Assembly: GCA_050125095.1 (NCBI GenBank)
Contig: JASFEA010000071.1
Span: 1-17,138, forward strand
From: a bacterium
Lineage (GTDB): Bacteria; Arandabacterota; Arandabacteria; Arandabacterales; JALGWA01
Direction of reading: 5' to 3'
Length of the DNA: 17,138 nucleotides
The notes beneath the pieces were generated by a model, which did no database searches, was not told the origin of the DNA, and saw nothing but the letters and a program-made list of their open reading frames with translations. Below are positions 7,366 through 15,747 of this stretch, piece after piece. Positions within the stretch are counted from its first letter, which is position 1, and every line of letters begins with the position of its first letter. Both the position numbers and the translations under genes were made by a program.

Positions 7366-8778
7366 TTAGTCTAACATAAGGTCGACTACCTTGCAAAACT
7401 CATTCTCAAGCGTGCCGTAGCCGTCGCATTTACTCAAGGGGATAGTGAATACAGCCACCTTGCCGAGGCCGTAATCGTTCAGGACAGCCAGGTAGTAGTC
7501 AACCGTCTGGGCCGTGTCGATCGTCCCGGCGGCTATATGGTAAAGGGACGCGGACGTATCCGCCTTGGCCATGCACTTGGCGCCGAGGGTATTGGCAAGG
7601 ACCTTGAGACTGTCGAGGCCTGCGCCCTCATCGCCCTGCATATGCCATGACTTCTTGCAGTCGAAGTTGTACAGCGGATAGCCCGTTGGGTCGGGGCGCC
7701 AGTAGAGCGAGTCTATGCCGAATACTTCGAACATGTCCTCGCTGTAGAAAGACCCCGTCGGGCCCAGCGCGGTAAGGCTCACCAGCATGAAACTGCCGCC
7801 TCCGCCGGCATAGCCCTTGACGGCTTCTTTTGCGTGGTGAAGGGTGGAGGAGACGGCTCGGACGGGCTCGTCGTACCATATGACAAGGTCGAATATCTCA
7901 AACAGGTCCGGATAGTTGTGCGCGTAAGTGACGCCGTCGAAGCCCTCTAGATCGAGCTTGGAGAATTCGCCGACACAGGCATTCATCAGACTCATGTATT
8001 TGAGATTGGTCGTGAAGTCCACGGCGCCGGCCGAACTCCACAGGTCATCGATGATGAGCACGTTCCCGACGGGTTCTTTGACGTGCCATGTATAAGAAAC
8101 CACATTGCTGGAATCACAGCCGGTGTCTATGGCGAAGAGATAGACTGTGCGCTCCCCGTACCTTCCCTGGAAATCGTCGTAGCCGAATGCCGCGGTGGAG
8201 TCATCACCCTGTACGATCCTGGCATTTTCCTCATTGCCGTCAAGCCAGACCTTGAATACATCCACCGTCTCGCGGCCTTCGGCGTCCTCGGCCTCCCACT
8301 TGAAGAGCGCCGCCGGATAGGTCGTGTCGGGAAGGGAATTGGCGTCCCGGAGGCTCACGACAGGAGGCGTGTTGGTGACGGGCAGGCTCAGCGTGCTGGG
8401 CGTGGGGTCCACGGCCTGGCGGTTGTCCACGGCCCGGACTTCCACCCGGTGCCTTCTTATGACCCCGTTGCTTACGGGGATATGGAACTCATGCCAGGTC
8501 TCTTCGGTAAACACCCAGTCGGTGTCCATGGGGCACCCGGGTTCGGCGGGGTCCATGAACCAGCGGTACTCGTAGCCGACGACCTCGCCGTCTATGTCAT
8601 CGCCCCACCAGTGAAGTTGCTGTATGTAGATGCCCGGGTTTCTCACGCTGTCGGCTACGGAGATGAAGGTCTCCGGGGGCGTGTTCGGGAGCCCCAGATC
8701 TGACTCCTTGGCGCATCCGCCGGCGATCGAGAGGATCAAGAGCCCCGTGATACACAGAGTGCTAAGAAATCTCTTCAT
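7366..8778 (-). CDS. Predicted lipoprotein with N-terminal Ig/FnIII-like domains and a C-terminal alpha/beta domain
   Basis: Lipoprotein-type signal MKRFLSTLCITGLLILSIAGG-C. Motifs NTPPETFI, WWGDDIDGEVVGYEYRW and VRAVDNRQAVDPTP. The C-terminal VLIIDD...FDLVIWYD...YAGGGGSFML resembles a class I GATase-like/flavodoxin-like fold. GGTGA upstream, 6 nt after the previous stop. Confidence 0.75.
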   Translation of the reverse strand: MKRFLSTLCITGLLILSIAGGCAKESDLGLPNTPPETFISVADSVRNPGIYIQQLHWWGDDIDGEVVGYEYRWFMDPAEPGCPMDTDWVFTEETWHEFHIPVSNGVIRRHRVEVRAVDNRQAVDPTPSTLSLPVTNTPPVVSLRDANSLPDTTYPAALFKWEAEDAEGRETVDVFKVWLDGNEENARIVQGDDSTAAFGYDDFQGRYGERTVYLFAIDTGCDSSNVVSYTWHVKEPVGNVLIIDDLWSSAGAVDFTTNLKYMSLMNACVGEFSKLDLEGFDGVTYAHNYPDLFEIFDLVIWYDEPVRAVSSTLHHAKEAVKGYAGGGGSFMLVSLTALGPTGSFYSEDMFEVFGIDSLYWRPDPTGYPLYNFDCKKSWHMQGDEGAGLDSLKVLANTLGAKCMAKADTSASLYHIAAGTIDTAQTVDYYLAVLNDYGLGKVAVFTIPLSKCDGYGTLENEFCKVVDLMLD

Positions 8779-8784
8779 AGTACG

Positions 8785-10710
8785 TCACCTTATAATCAGG
8801 AACTTACCGACCTGCTGCTCGCCGGTGCCCTTGTCTAGGACGGAGAACATGTAAAGGCCGGTGGCCGCGGCCTGGTCCTTGTCGGTGATGAGGTCCCAGC
8901 CGCATATGCCCCCCGGCATGGCGACTATCCTCTCCTGGGATGTCTGCAGGCCCTGTATGTCGGCCGCGTCATAAGTCGCGCCGTCGAATTCAAGCGTCTT
9001 CACGAGGTCGCCCGCGAGCGTGAAGATCCTGATGGTGGCCCGCTGCGGCAGGTTGGCGAACCAGATGTATTTCTCCCTGTCCCTGGAGCCGTCCCAGATC
9101 GCCGCCCCGTTGTACGGGTTCGGGAACACCACGACCTCTCCTCCGGCCTCGGCGTCCTCCGGGGTCGTCCCCGGGATCACGAGAACCTGCGTAGCCCTGA
9201 GGCCGCTTTCCATGCTCACGACATTCTCTTCCTCGATGCCGGTGTCGTATGATGTGATGGCGACCCAGTACTTGAAGCCGTCCTTTACATTGGGAATCGT
9301 GGTGTTGTAAACGTAAAGCGAATCGCCGAAGTAAACCGAATCACGCACCGACTCGAAGCCCGTGTCGTAGCCCAGCGTGTCGACCTTGTCGACATCGCGC
9401 ACCATGTCGAAGTCCTCGCTCGTCGCGCCCTCGACCCTGGTCACGTATATGCGGTATCCCTCGAAATCCATTATCTGGTAGAAGGGATCGTATTGGTCCT
9501 CGGGATAGTCGTCCCAGTACACCTTGATGAACCCGCTGCCGGGGGTTACCCGGAAGCGGGGAGGAGGGGGCGGCGAGGGAAGGACGTACTGGTTGTCGAA
9601 CGCCCGCTGTGCCCATTCCGCGTTGCTCACCAGGTCATCGGGGTTCTTTCCCCCGAGGAACGCCACCACGAAGAGCAGGCTGTCGCCCTTGGCCATGTCC
9701 GGAAACGGGCCGGCCGACAGAAGCTCGATGGGGTCGTCGGCACCCGGCGTGATGTCGGCGGTCTCATCGATCTCGCCGTTCTTCATCATCTCGTAGCGGT
9801 CCTGGTCCTCCATGGGATTGTCGCGCTCCCAGTACCAGTCCCACCAGTTGAAGGAAACCGTCAGGTCGTCGATGGACTCGAGGCGCCTGCCCTGAGCTCC
9901 CAGAAGCGCTATGGCGCCCCAGGTGGGGGCGTCGCCCCACTGGAAGTTCTGGTGGTGTTCGCCCACCATCCTGTTATCGGGGAAGTACTCGAGTACTTTG
10001 TTTCTGAACCAGGCGTTGCCCGGCGGCCTCCAGGTATCGTACGCGCCTTTCCAGCCCGAGGAGAGCTCGCCGAATACGCCGAGGTAGGGGGCCTGCAGTA
10101 TGCCCTCGCCCCGGTTGTATACGGTAAAGCTCACGATGACGAAGGCCTCCGCGAAGTCATAGCTCCACAAGTAAGATTCCTGGCGGATTTCCACGTTGAG
10201 AACCGCGTCGTTGGTGCTGGCCCTGGGTACGTCGGCATAGGCCCCCACGAAGTCCTGCTCGCTCACCGCAAGCTTGGAGTAGGCGCGGCTGGTGATGAGC
10301 GTCGACCTCTCCTTGAGCTTGTTGCCCTCGAGGGGGGTGTACTCGCTGGCCGTGGCCGTCGAAGTGCCCCAGTATCCCGAAATGGCTCCGGTCGAAACCA
10401 CAATGTCGCCGTCGACGGTGATGGCGCCGATCCAGAGGCCGGCGCGTATGAGATGGTCGATTTCGGATCCCAGCGGATACTCCATGGAGGGATTCCTCGT
10501 GACGAAGTTGTTGCCGAAGAAGCCGTAATTGGATATGACCAGGCCCAGCGCGTTGCCGTCCGTCTGCTTCATGACGTAGGTTACCCCGTCAGAATCCAGT
10601 ACGGGCACGGCACCGCTGGCGGCGGAGGCCGGCGGGTCGTGCGCGAGGGCGGCTCCGGCGACCGCGATAACGGCCAGCATGCAGAAGCCTGTCAGAAGGA
10701 GTTTGCTCAT
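8785..10710 (-). CDS. Secreted protein with a C-terminal T9SS-CTD-like sorting domain
   Basis: Sec signal ending in AALA, a Pro-rich linker (PSPPPPP), an FnIII-like segment (DFEGYRIY...YWVAITSYD) and a CTD (VVVFPNPY...IWFANLP..ATIRIFTLAGDLVKTL...WDL...GLYMFSV...GKFLIIR). ATGA overlap with the upstream gene at 10707-10710. Confidence 0.8.
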   Translation of the reverse strand: MSKLLLTGFCMLAVIAVAGAALAHDPPASAASGAVPVLDSDGVTYVMKQTDGNALGLVISNYGFFGNNFVTRNPSMEYPLGSEIDHLIRAGLWIGAITVDGDIVVSTGAISGYWGTSTATASEYTPLEGNKLKERSTLITSRAYSKLAVSEQDFVGAYADVPRASTNDAVLNVEIRQESYLWSYDFAEAFVIVSFTVYNRGEGILQAPYLGVFGELSSGWKGAYDTWRPPGNAWFRNKVLEYFPDNRMVGEHHQNFQWGDAPTWGAIALLGAQGRRLESIDDLTVSFNWWDWYWERDNPMEDQDRYEMMKNGEIDETADITPGADDPIELLSAGPFPDMAKGDSLLFVVAFLGGKNPDDLVSNAEWAQRAFDNQYVLPSPPPPPRFRVTPGSGFIKVYWDDYPEDQYDPFYQIMDFEGYRIYVTRVEGATSEDFDMVRDVDKVDTLGYDTGFESVRDSVYFGDSLYVYNTTIPNVKDGFKYWVAITSYDTGIEEENVVSMESGLRATQVLVIPGTTPEDAEAGGEVVVFPNPYNGAAIWDGSRDREKYIWFANLPQRATIRIFTLAGDLVKTLEFDGATYDAADIQGLQTSQERIVAMPGGICGWDLITDKDQAAATGLYMFSVLDKGTGEQQVGKFLIIR

Positions 10711-11681
10711 GGCTCCATCACTACTCCCTTATCCCATCTGTGCACTATGCCTGACGGCGGCTCGAGCGCGTAGATGCGGTTGCTATATGGTCCGATCGAG
10801 TTGACGTCGGGTAGGGGAAACGGCCCGGAGAAAGGAGTCGTCACGATGGCCTCCGTGGTTCCGTCCCGGTTGTACTCTATTATGATCCCGTAACCGGCAT
10901 CCAGCACGAATATCTGGCCGTCGACGTTGACGCATACGGCTATGGGCTCTATAAGCGGCAGTTCGATGCCCAGCGTGTCGATGAAGGAGCTGAGGAACGG
11001 CCTCTCGTCCGAGAAGGGAATGCCCTCCTGCGGGATGCGGACGTTTATGCGCTGAACCTGCGCCTTCTCCTCATGAGCCTCAGCTATATAGAGCGTATCC
11101 TTCTCTATAAAGATGCCGCGCGGCCGCAAGACATGCCCCAGGCCGAAGCCGCTGTCGGCGAGGTCTTCGCCGAAAACGAGATTTCCCGCATTGTCATAGG
11201 CCCTTACGAAGTTGCGAGACGCGTCGGAGACGTAGGTCAGACCGTCATCGCCTACCGCCAGTCCGCCGATCTCAACCCATTCCTCGTCCACCACTTCCCA
11301 GAGGGGTTCTTCCCCGCCTATGCCGTAGCATCTGACGACGTCCACGCTGTCTCCGCTGTCGGCCACCGCGATCTCGAAGGTGCCAACTCCGATAAGGTAA
11401 GGCATTACGGTGGCGGCGAATTCGACTCTCGTCTCGACGCTGCCGGTGCTCTTGAACGCCACCACCACTCCGCTGTCGGGGAAGGTGGCGAAGAGCCGGC
11501 CGCCCGTGACTCCCAGACAGGAGGCACCCGAGAACCCTGAGTATTCACCGGCGTACAGGTATACGCTGAGCCGCGGCTCCTTGTAGAGCTCTCCCGGCGG
11601 GTCAATCTTGCCGCCGCAGCCCAGCATGACGCCCGCCGCCAGAACACCTGCCAGCAGGACTATGCCTGTCGCCTTTTTCAT
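10707..11681 (-). CDS. Predicted lipoprotein with an NHL-like beta-propeller
   Basis: Signal MKKATGIVLLAGVLAAGVMLG-C (lipobox). Repeated blades GLAVGDDGLTYVSD, PRGIFIEKDTLYIAE and PIAVCVNVDGQIFVLD. Start moved to ATG 11681, preceded by GAGAGG; GTG 11702 is an alternative start. Confidence 0.78.
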   Translation of the reverse strand: MKKATGIVLLAGVLAAGVMLGCGGKIDPPGELYKEPRLSVYLYAGEYSGFSGASCLGVTGGRLFATFPDSGVVVAFKSTGSVETRVEFAATVMPYLIGVGTFEIAVADSGDSVDVVRCYGIGGEEPLWEVVDEEWVEIGGLAVGDDGLTYVSDASRNFVRAYDNAGNLVFGEDLADSGFGLGHVLRPRGIFIEKDTLYIAEAHEEKAQVQRINVRIPQEGIPFSDERPFLSSFIDTLGIELPLIEPIAVCVNVDGQIFVLDAGYGIIIEYNRDGTTEAIVTTPFSGPFPLPDVNSIGPYSNRIYALEPPSGIVHRWDKGVVMEP

Positions 11682-11749
11682 CCTCTCGTCCCGTCCTGTC
11701 ACTATCGGGTCCTGTCCCTTTATATTTCTATTACCGTCCGGTAATCCGC

Positions 11750-12766
11750 CTATAATTTAAAAACCAGCGACAGCCGGTGCACCGAACCCAGGTACTCGGA
11801 AAGCGTCGCCGCATAGTCGATACCGCCTTCGTGCCCCAGTATGTCTGCGAGCACGCCGGCGCCGAAACTGGTCTTCATCTCATCCGCATTCAAATCGTAA
11901 CCGGCCCTGAGCGCGAGCACTCTCAGCACTCTCGCCTCGAGGCCGATCCTTATGGTCTCCGCGTTGTCGGCCGGGTGCACCAGCTCGATGTCGAACAGGG
12001 TGCTGAAGTCGGGCGTGTCCCAGGGCATCATAGATATGCCGAACTTGAATTCCATTGCGGGGGAGAAGCCGTCGTAGTCCGCTTCCGTTATCTCGCTGCC
12101 GTTTTCCCTGTGATACGAGCCGCCCGGGGTGAGCTGCGTTCCGAAGTTCATGAGGGCCACCGCGAGGCGCATATTCCACGGGCCGATGCGGTAGTAAGTG
12201 CCGGCGTCGAGGACTATGGCGTTGGTGGTGGGCCCCCCGACCTCGACTCCCAGCTCCTCCCGCACGTACTTGACTGCTACCCCGCCCGAGAAGCGGTCGG
12301 TGAATCTCTTGGCCACAGTCAGCCCGACGAGCCAGTCGGAGAACGAGAAAGTCCTGCCGGTGCCGTAGGGGTAGTATTCCTGGGTCTCCATCATTTCGGT
12401 GGAGAGCACTCCGAACTGCAGGCCGATGGCGCCGTCGATGAGACGCGACTTGGTGCCGAAAGCGAGGTGGCTGTAACCGATGTCGGCAGGCCAGGAGGCG
12501 TAAGTGAACGCGATCTCGCTCTTGTCCATCAGTACGAGTCCCGCCGGGTTCCAGGCCACGGATGTGACGTCGTCGCATACCGCGACGAAGGCGCCGCCCA
12601 TACCGGCGGCCCTTGCCCCCACCCCTATCCGGAGGAAGCTTGCGGAGGCAGTCCCTATTCGCTGGTCCCCCAGCCCGATGGCCCATGAGTGGGATACCGC
12701 CAGGCTCCAGCATAATAGGACGGCAAAAACGAGTCCGCATGTCTTCTGGTTACCAGGTCTTGCCAT
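11750..12766 (-). CDS. PorV/PorQ-family (UPF0164, FadL-like) outer-membrane beta-barrel
   Basis: Signal peptide followed by the hallmark FLRIGVGARAAGMGGAFVAV.DD..SVAWNPAGL, amphipathic strands, LALRAGY and terminal HRLSLVFKL. TAATG overlap with the TBDR stop codon. Confidence 0.88.
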   Translation of the reverse strand: MARPGNQKTCGLVFAVLLCWSLAVSHSWAIGLGDQRIGTASASFLRIGVGARAAGMGGAFVAVCDDVTSVAWNPAGLVLMDKSEIAFTYASWPADIGYSHLAFGTKSRLIDGAIGLQFGVLSTEMMETQEYYPYGTGRTFSFSDWLVGLTVAKRFTDRFSGGVAVKYVREELGVEVGGPTTNAIVLDAGTYYRIGPWNMRLAVALMNFGTQLTPGGSYHRENGSEITEADYDGFSPAMEFKFGISMMPWDTPDFSTLFDIELVHPADNAETIRIGLEARVLRVLALRAGYDLNADEMKTSFGAGVLADILGHEGGIDYAATLSEYLGSVHRLSLVFKL

Positions 12767-15543
12767 TAGAACTCCAGAGCCAGGCCGACCCGGACCTGCC
12801 TCGGTGTGCCGTAAATGCTGGGGTCGCTCAGCTGGTTCTGGACGTATTCGCTGTCTCCCTCGGCGGCGTATTCGCCCTCACCCGGCACGGGGGCCCTGCC
12901 GGTTTCCGAGTCTATCCTGCGGACGGTCTGGTTATTGAAGAGATTCCTCACATCGACGTAGAACTTGGTCCTCATCCTGCCCGAGCCGAAGTACTGCGTG
13001 TACCTGAAGTCCCACACGTTCTCCCACGGGCCGTTCTCCGAGTATCGCTTGGCGACTTCCTCCCCGTTGACCGTCGGGGTATAGGCCCTGCCGTTCTGCA
13101 CCTCCCACTGTATGTTGAGATTCCAGTCGTCCCAGAGCCTCCAGCCGAAGAAGAGCGGGTACCTCTGGCCCTTCGTCGCCTGAAGATTGAGCATCATGTT
13201 TAGTTTGTGCGGCCTGTTCCACCAGAGGTACTCCTCGGCGAGGCTGGACTCGCGGGCGCCGACGTCGCCGCCCTGTTCCTCCACGAGCTTCAGGGTGTTG
13301 GGATCGGAGCTCTTGCCCGTGGCTATCGAATACGTATAGCTGACTGAGCCGCCCACCAGGCCCCGCTGCTTCTTGCGCACCTCGATCTCGATGCCCTGCG
13401 ACCTGGCGTAGTCCATGTTCCTGTATATGTACATCGTCCCGACTCCGGGTTTCTCGAAGCTGGTCGAAGTCGGGTAGTCGTATATGTCCTTGTAGAAGAT
13501 GGTGATATTGGCGGCCAGCGACTCGGTGAACTGGTGGCGCGCGCCTATCTCGTACTGCACCGCAATCTCCGGATTGAGATTGGGATTCCCGATAAGGGGG
13601 AAGAGCTCGCTCGAGACGGAAGCCAGCTTGGAATAGATCCAGATGTAACTCGGTATCTGGGTGAAGTGACCGTAGTTGAAAAAGAGGTTGTCGCGGTCGG
13701 TGATGGGATGGGAGATGGCTATCCTCGGGCTCAGGTGCGCCTTGAACCTCCGCCCGAAGATCTCGTAGGTGTCGTTATAGAAGTTCTGCCTGGTGGTCTC
13801 GGTTATGGCCGTTCTCATCGTATCGTCGACGGCTTCCTCGACCTCCTTGCCGGGGAACCAGTAGTCCACCCTCAGCCCTATCTCCGCGATGAGCCCTTCG
13901 TAGTTCATCTTGTCCTGGATGTACATCGCGCCCCTCATGGGGTTTATGGTGTAGATGTCGTGAAACATGCCCAGGCTGTCGGGGTCTGGCACCCAGGGTT
14001 GCCTTATGAACACGTACTGCGCGCTCTCCCAGGAGTGGAGTATGCCGCCCTTTATCTGGTGATGCGCCGGGATGCGCTTGGTCATGTCCCAGCCGATGTT
14101 CCAGGTCTCGATGAAGCGGTTATGCCAGAGGTCGGCGTCACCGGTCTCGATGAAGTAAGGTGTATCGTCCTCCTGAAGCTCCGAGTAGTCGTCGGGCTCT
14201 TCATAATCATGCCAGTGCTTGCCCATTACGTCGGTCTGGAGGGCGTTGAAGAAGCGCGAGAGCTTGAGGATCCAGAACGAGTTCTCGTTGACGATGTGGT
14301 TCCAGGAGAGCAACGTGCTGGTCATGTCCTCTGTGTAGACGAGGTAATTGGTAAGCCTCCGCGACCACTCGTGCTGGTAGCCCGTGAGAGACCGCGTTAC
14401 GTCATAGGGATCGGTGCGGAAATAGCCCTGGTCGATGGACAGGGTCTTCGTGTAGGAGAAACCGAACTTGTTCCTCGAAGAATAACGGTAGGAGAGCTTG
14501 CCGAAGAGCTGCCACCTGTTGTCCGTCCTCGGCGCCCACCCGCTGTAGCCCCAGCTCAGGCCCAGGAAACTGTCCCTGTACGATGACCTCAGGCCGTCGG
14601 TGCCGGGAAGGTCGTTGATAGAGGGGTAATGCGTGTCCGATAGCCTGGACGAGACACCCAGCGAGTACGTCACCTGGCCGGGCAGCCTCAGACCCGACTT
14701 GGGGAGTAGGTAGGAGGTGATCGGCTCCGGCCCGTCGAGCCCGAACTCGAAACGGTCGGCGTTGAAGAATGACTGTTTCTCCGGGTCCCTCCACGGCAGG
14801 TGGTCGGCCGAGTAGTCGAAATAGCCGCCCTGCTTCGTGCTGCCTTCCTTGAGCTTGACATTTACCACCCCGGACAGCGCCTGGCCGAACTCTGCGCTGT
14901 AGCCGCCCGTGATAACGTCCATCTCGGCGACCGACCGGGCGCTGACGTTGACGGATGGCGAGCGGCCCGAGATGAGGTCCTTCATCTGCACCCCGTCTAT
15001 GATGTAAAGCGTCTCGTCGGTGCGCCCGCCGCGTATATGTATCTGGTCGTCGGTCATCACGACGCCGGCCTGCAGTGACAGCGCCTGGGCGACGTCGTCG
15101 ACGGGCATTTCCTTGAGGTCATCGGCGGTAATGCTCCTCACGGTGGTCGGGACGTCCACCTCCACCATGGGACGCTCGGCCCGCACCACCACTTCGTCCG
15201 CCGCCGCCAGCACAGTGCGGTAGAGCCTGAACTCGATTTCCGTCGTGGTGTAGGGCCTTATCACGACGTCGGCCTGCTCCTCGGAATCATAGCCCATATA
15301 TGTGGCTTTGATTGTGTAAGTCCCCTCGGGGATGTTCTGGATGAAGAAGCCGCCGTCGTCCATCGACATGCCGCCGAGTCCCGTGCCCATGACCACCACG
15401 TTGGCGAAGGGAAGCGCGTCTTTGGTCTTGGCGTCGAGGACTTTGCCCGTGAGGTTGCCGGGTTCGGCGAATGCGGCAGAATACAGGGCCAGCAGCACCG
15501 CCAGGGCGAGCAGGGCTGGAGACAGTTTTTCCTTAAACTGCAT
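12766..15543 (-). CDS. TonB-dependent receptor with an N-terminal carboxypeptidase-regulatory-like domain
   Basis: Signal peptide, then GKVLDAKTKDALPFANVVV (CarboxypepD_reg-like domain), plug motifs IHIRGGR..ETLYIIDG and GGYSAEFGQALSGVVN, barrel motifs SPRIAISHPI, GNPNLNPE and DVRNLFN, and C-terminal PRQVRVGLALEF ending in Phe. Start moved to ATG 15543 (GGGGAG upstream); the track's start at 15612 lies next to the -10 element. Confidence 0.92.
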   Translation of the reverse strand: MQFKEKLSPALLALAVLLALYSAAFAEPGNLTGKVLDAKTKDALPFANVVVMGTGLGGMSMDDGGFFIQNIPEGTYTIKATYMGYDSEEQADVVIRPYTTTEIEFRLYRTVLAAADEVVVRAERPMVEVDVPTTVRSITADDLKEMPVDDVAQALSLQAGVVMTDDQIHIRGGRTDETLYIIDGVQMKDLISGRSPSVNVSARSVAEMDVITGGYSAEFGQALSGVVNVKLKEGSTKQGGYFDYSADHLPWRDPEKQSFFNADRFEFGLDGPEPITSYLLPKSGLRLPGQVTYSLGVSSRLSDTHYPSINDLPGTDGLRSSYRDSFLGLSWGYSGWAPRTDNRWQLFGKLSYRYSSRNKFGFSYTKTLSIDQGYFRTDPYDVTRSLTGYQHEWSRRLTNYLVYTEDMTSTLLSWNHIVNENSFWILKLSRFFNALQTDVMGKHWHDYEEPDDYSELQEDDTPYFIETGDADLWHNRFIETWNIGWDMTKRIPAHHQIKGGILHSWESAQYVFIRQPWVPDPDSLGMFHDIYTINPMRGAMYIQDKMNYEGLIAEIGLRVDYWFPGKEVEEAVDDTMRTAITETTRQNFYNDTYEIFGRRFKAHLSPRIAISHPITDRDNLFFNYGHFTQIPSYIWIYSKLASVSSELFPLIGNPNLNPEIAVQYEIGARHQFTESLAANITIFYKDIYDYPTSTSFEKPGVGTMYIYRNMDYARSQGIEIEVRKKQRGLVGGSVSYTYSIATGKSSDPNTLKLVEEQGGDVGARESSLAEEYLWWNRPHKLNMMLNLQATKGQRYPLFFGWRLWDDWNLNIQWEVQNGRAYTPTVNGEEVAKRYSENGPWENVWDFRYTQYFGSGRMRTKFYVDVRNLFNNQTVRRIDSETGRAPVPGEGEYAAEGDSEYVQNQLSDPSIYGTPRQVRVGLALEF

Positions 15544-15612
15544 AGGCACTCCCCGGTCGAGATACCGATCCCAGAGCCGGCCGGAACCGCCTGGGATTGA
15601 GTCGGATTTCAA

Positions 15613-15641
15613 ACTATATACGCTCTCCTGAATTTAGTCAA
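15613..15641 (-). promoter_or_regulatory. Sigma70-type promoter of the TBDR operon
   Basis: The minus strand reads TTGACT-N17-TATAGT, with an AT-rich tract further upstream (around 15663-15672). Confidence 0.75.
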
Positions 15642-15700
15642 CTCTCATAAGCGCATCGCGACTAATTTTATTCAAGTGGGTCTGCGAATCCCATAATGCT

Positions 15701-15728
15701 TTGACACCGGGCGCGATTCTGGTATGAT
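15701..15728 (+). promoter_or_regulatory. Sigma70-type promoter for the mscS-carD-like pair
   Basis: TTGACA-N16-TATGAT with an extended -10 (TGG-TATGAT). Confidence 0.7.
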
Positions 15729-15747
15729 CGATGCTGGGGGTGAGTGC

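Noticed and set aside
9556-9582. G-rich tract as a possible G-quadruplex or phase-variable repeat
   Set aside because: Explained by the PSPPPPP linker codons on the minus strand; the runs are short and interrupted.
9493-10773. 426-aa plus-strand ORF antisense to the CTD protein gene
   Set aside because: Shadow ORF with no family motifs and the composition typical of antisense frames.
11777-14586. Plus-strand ORFs of 303, 196 and 350 aa opposite porV-like/TBDR, and the 286-aa Arg-rich alternative minus-strand frame
   Set aside because: They overlap confidently identified genes and have the Arg/Gly/Pro-rich or antisense-like composition of non-coding frames.
15544-15700. Possible cobalamin or TPP riboswitch, or Fur box, upstream of the TBDR
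   Set aside because: The predicted leader is only about 60 nt, and no B12-box, TPP core or GATAATGATAATCATTATC-like motif is visible.
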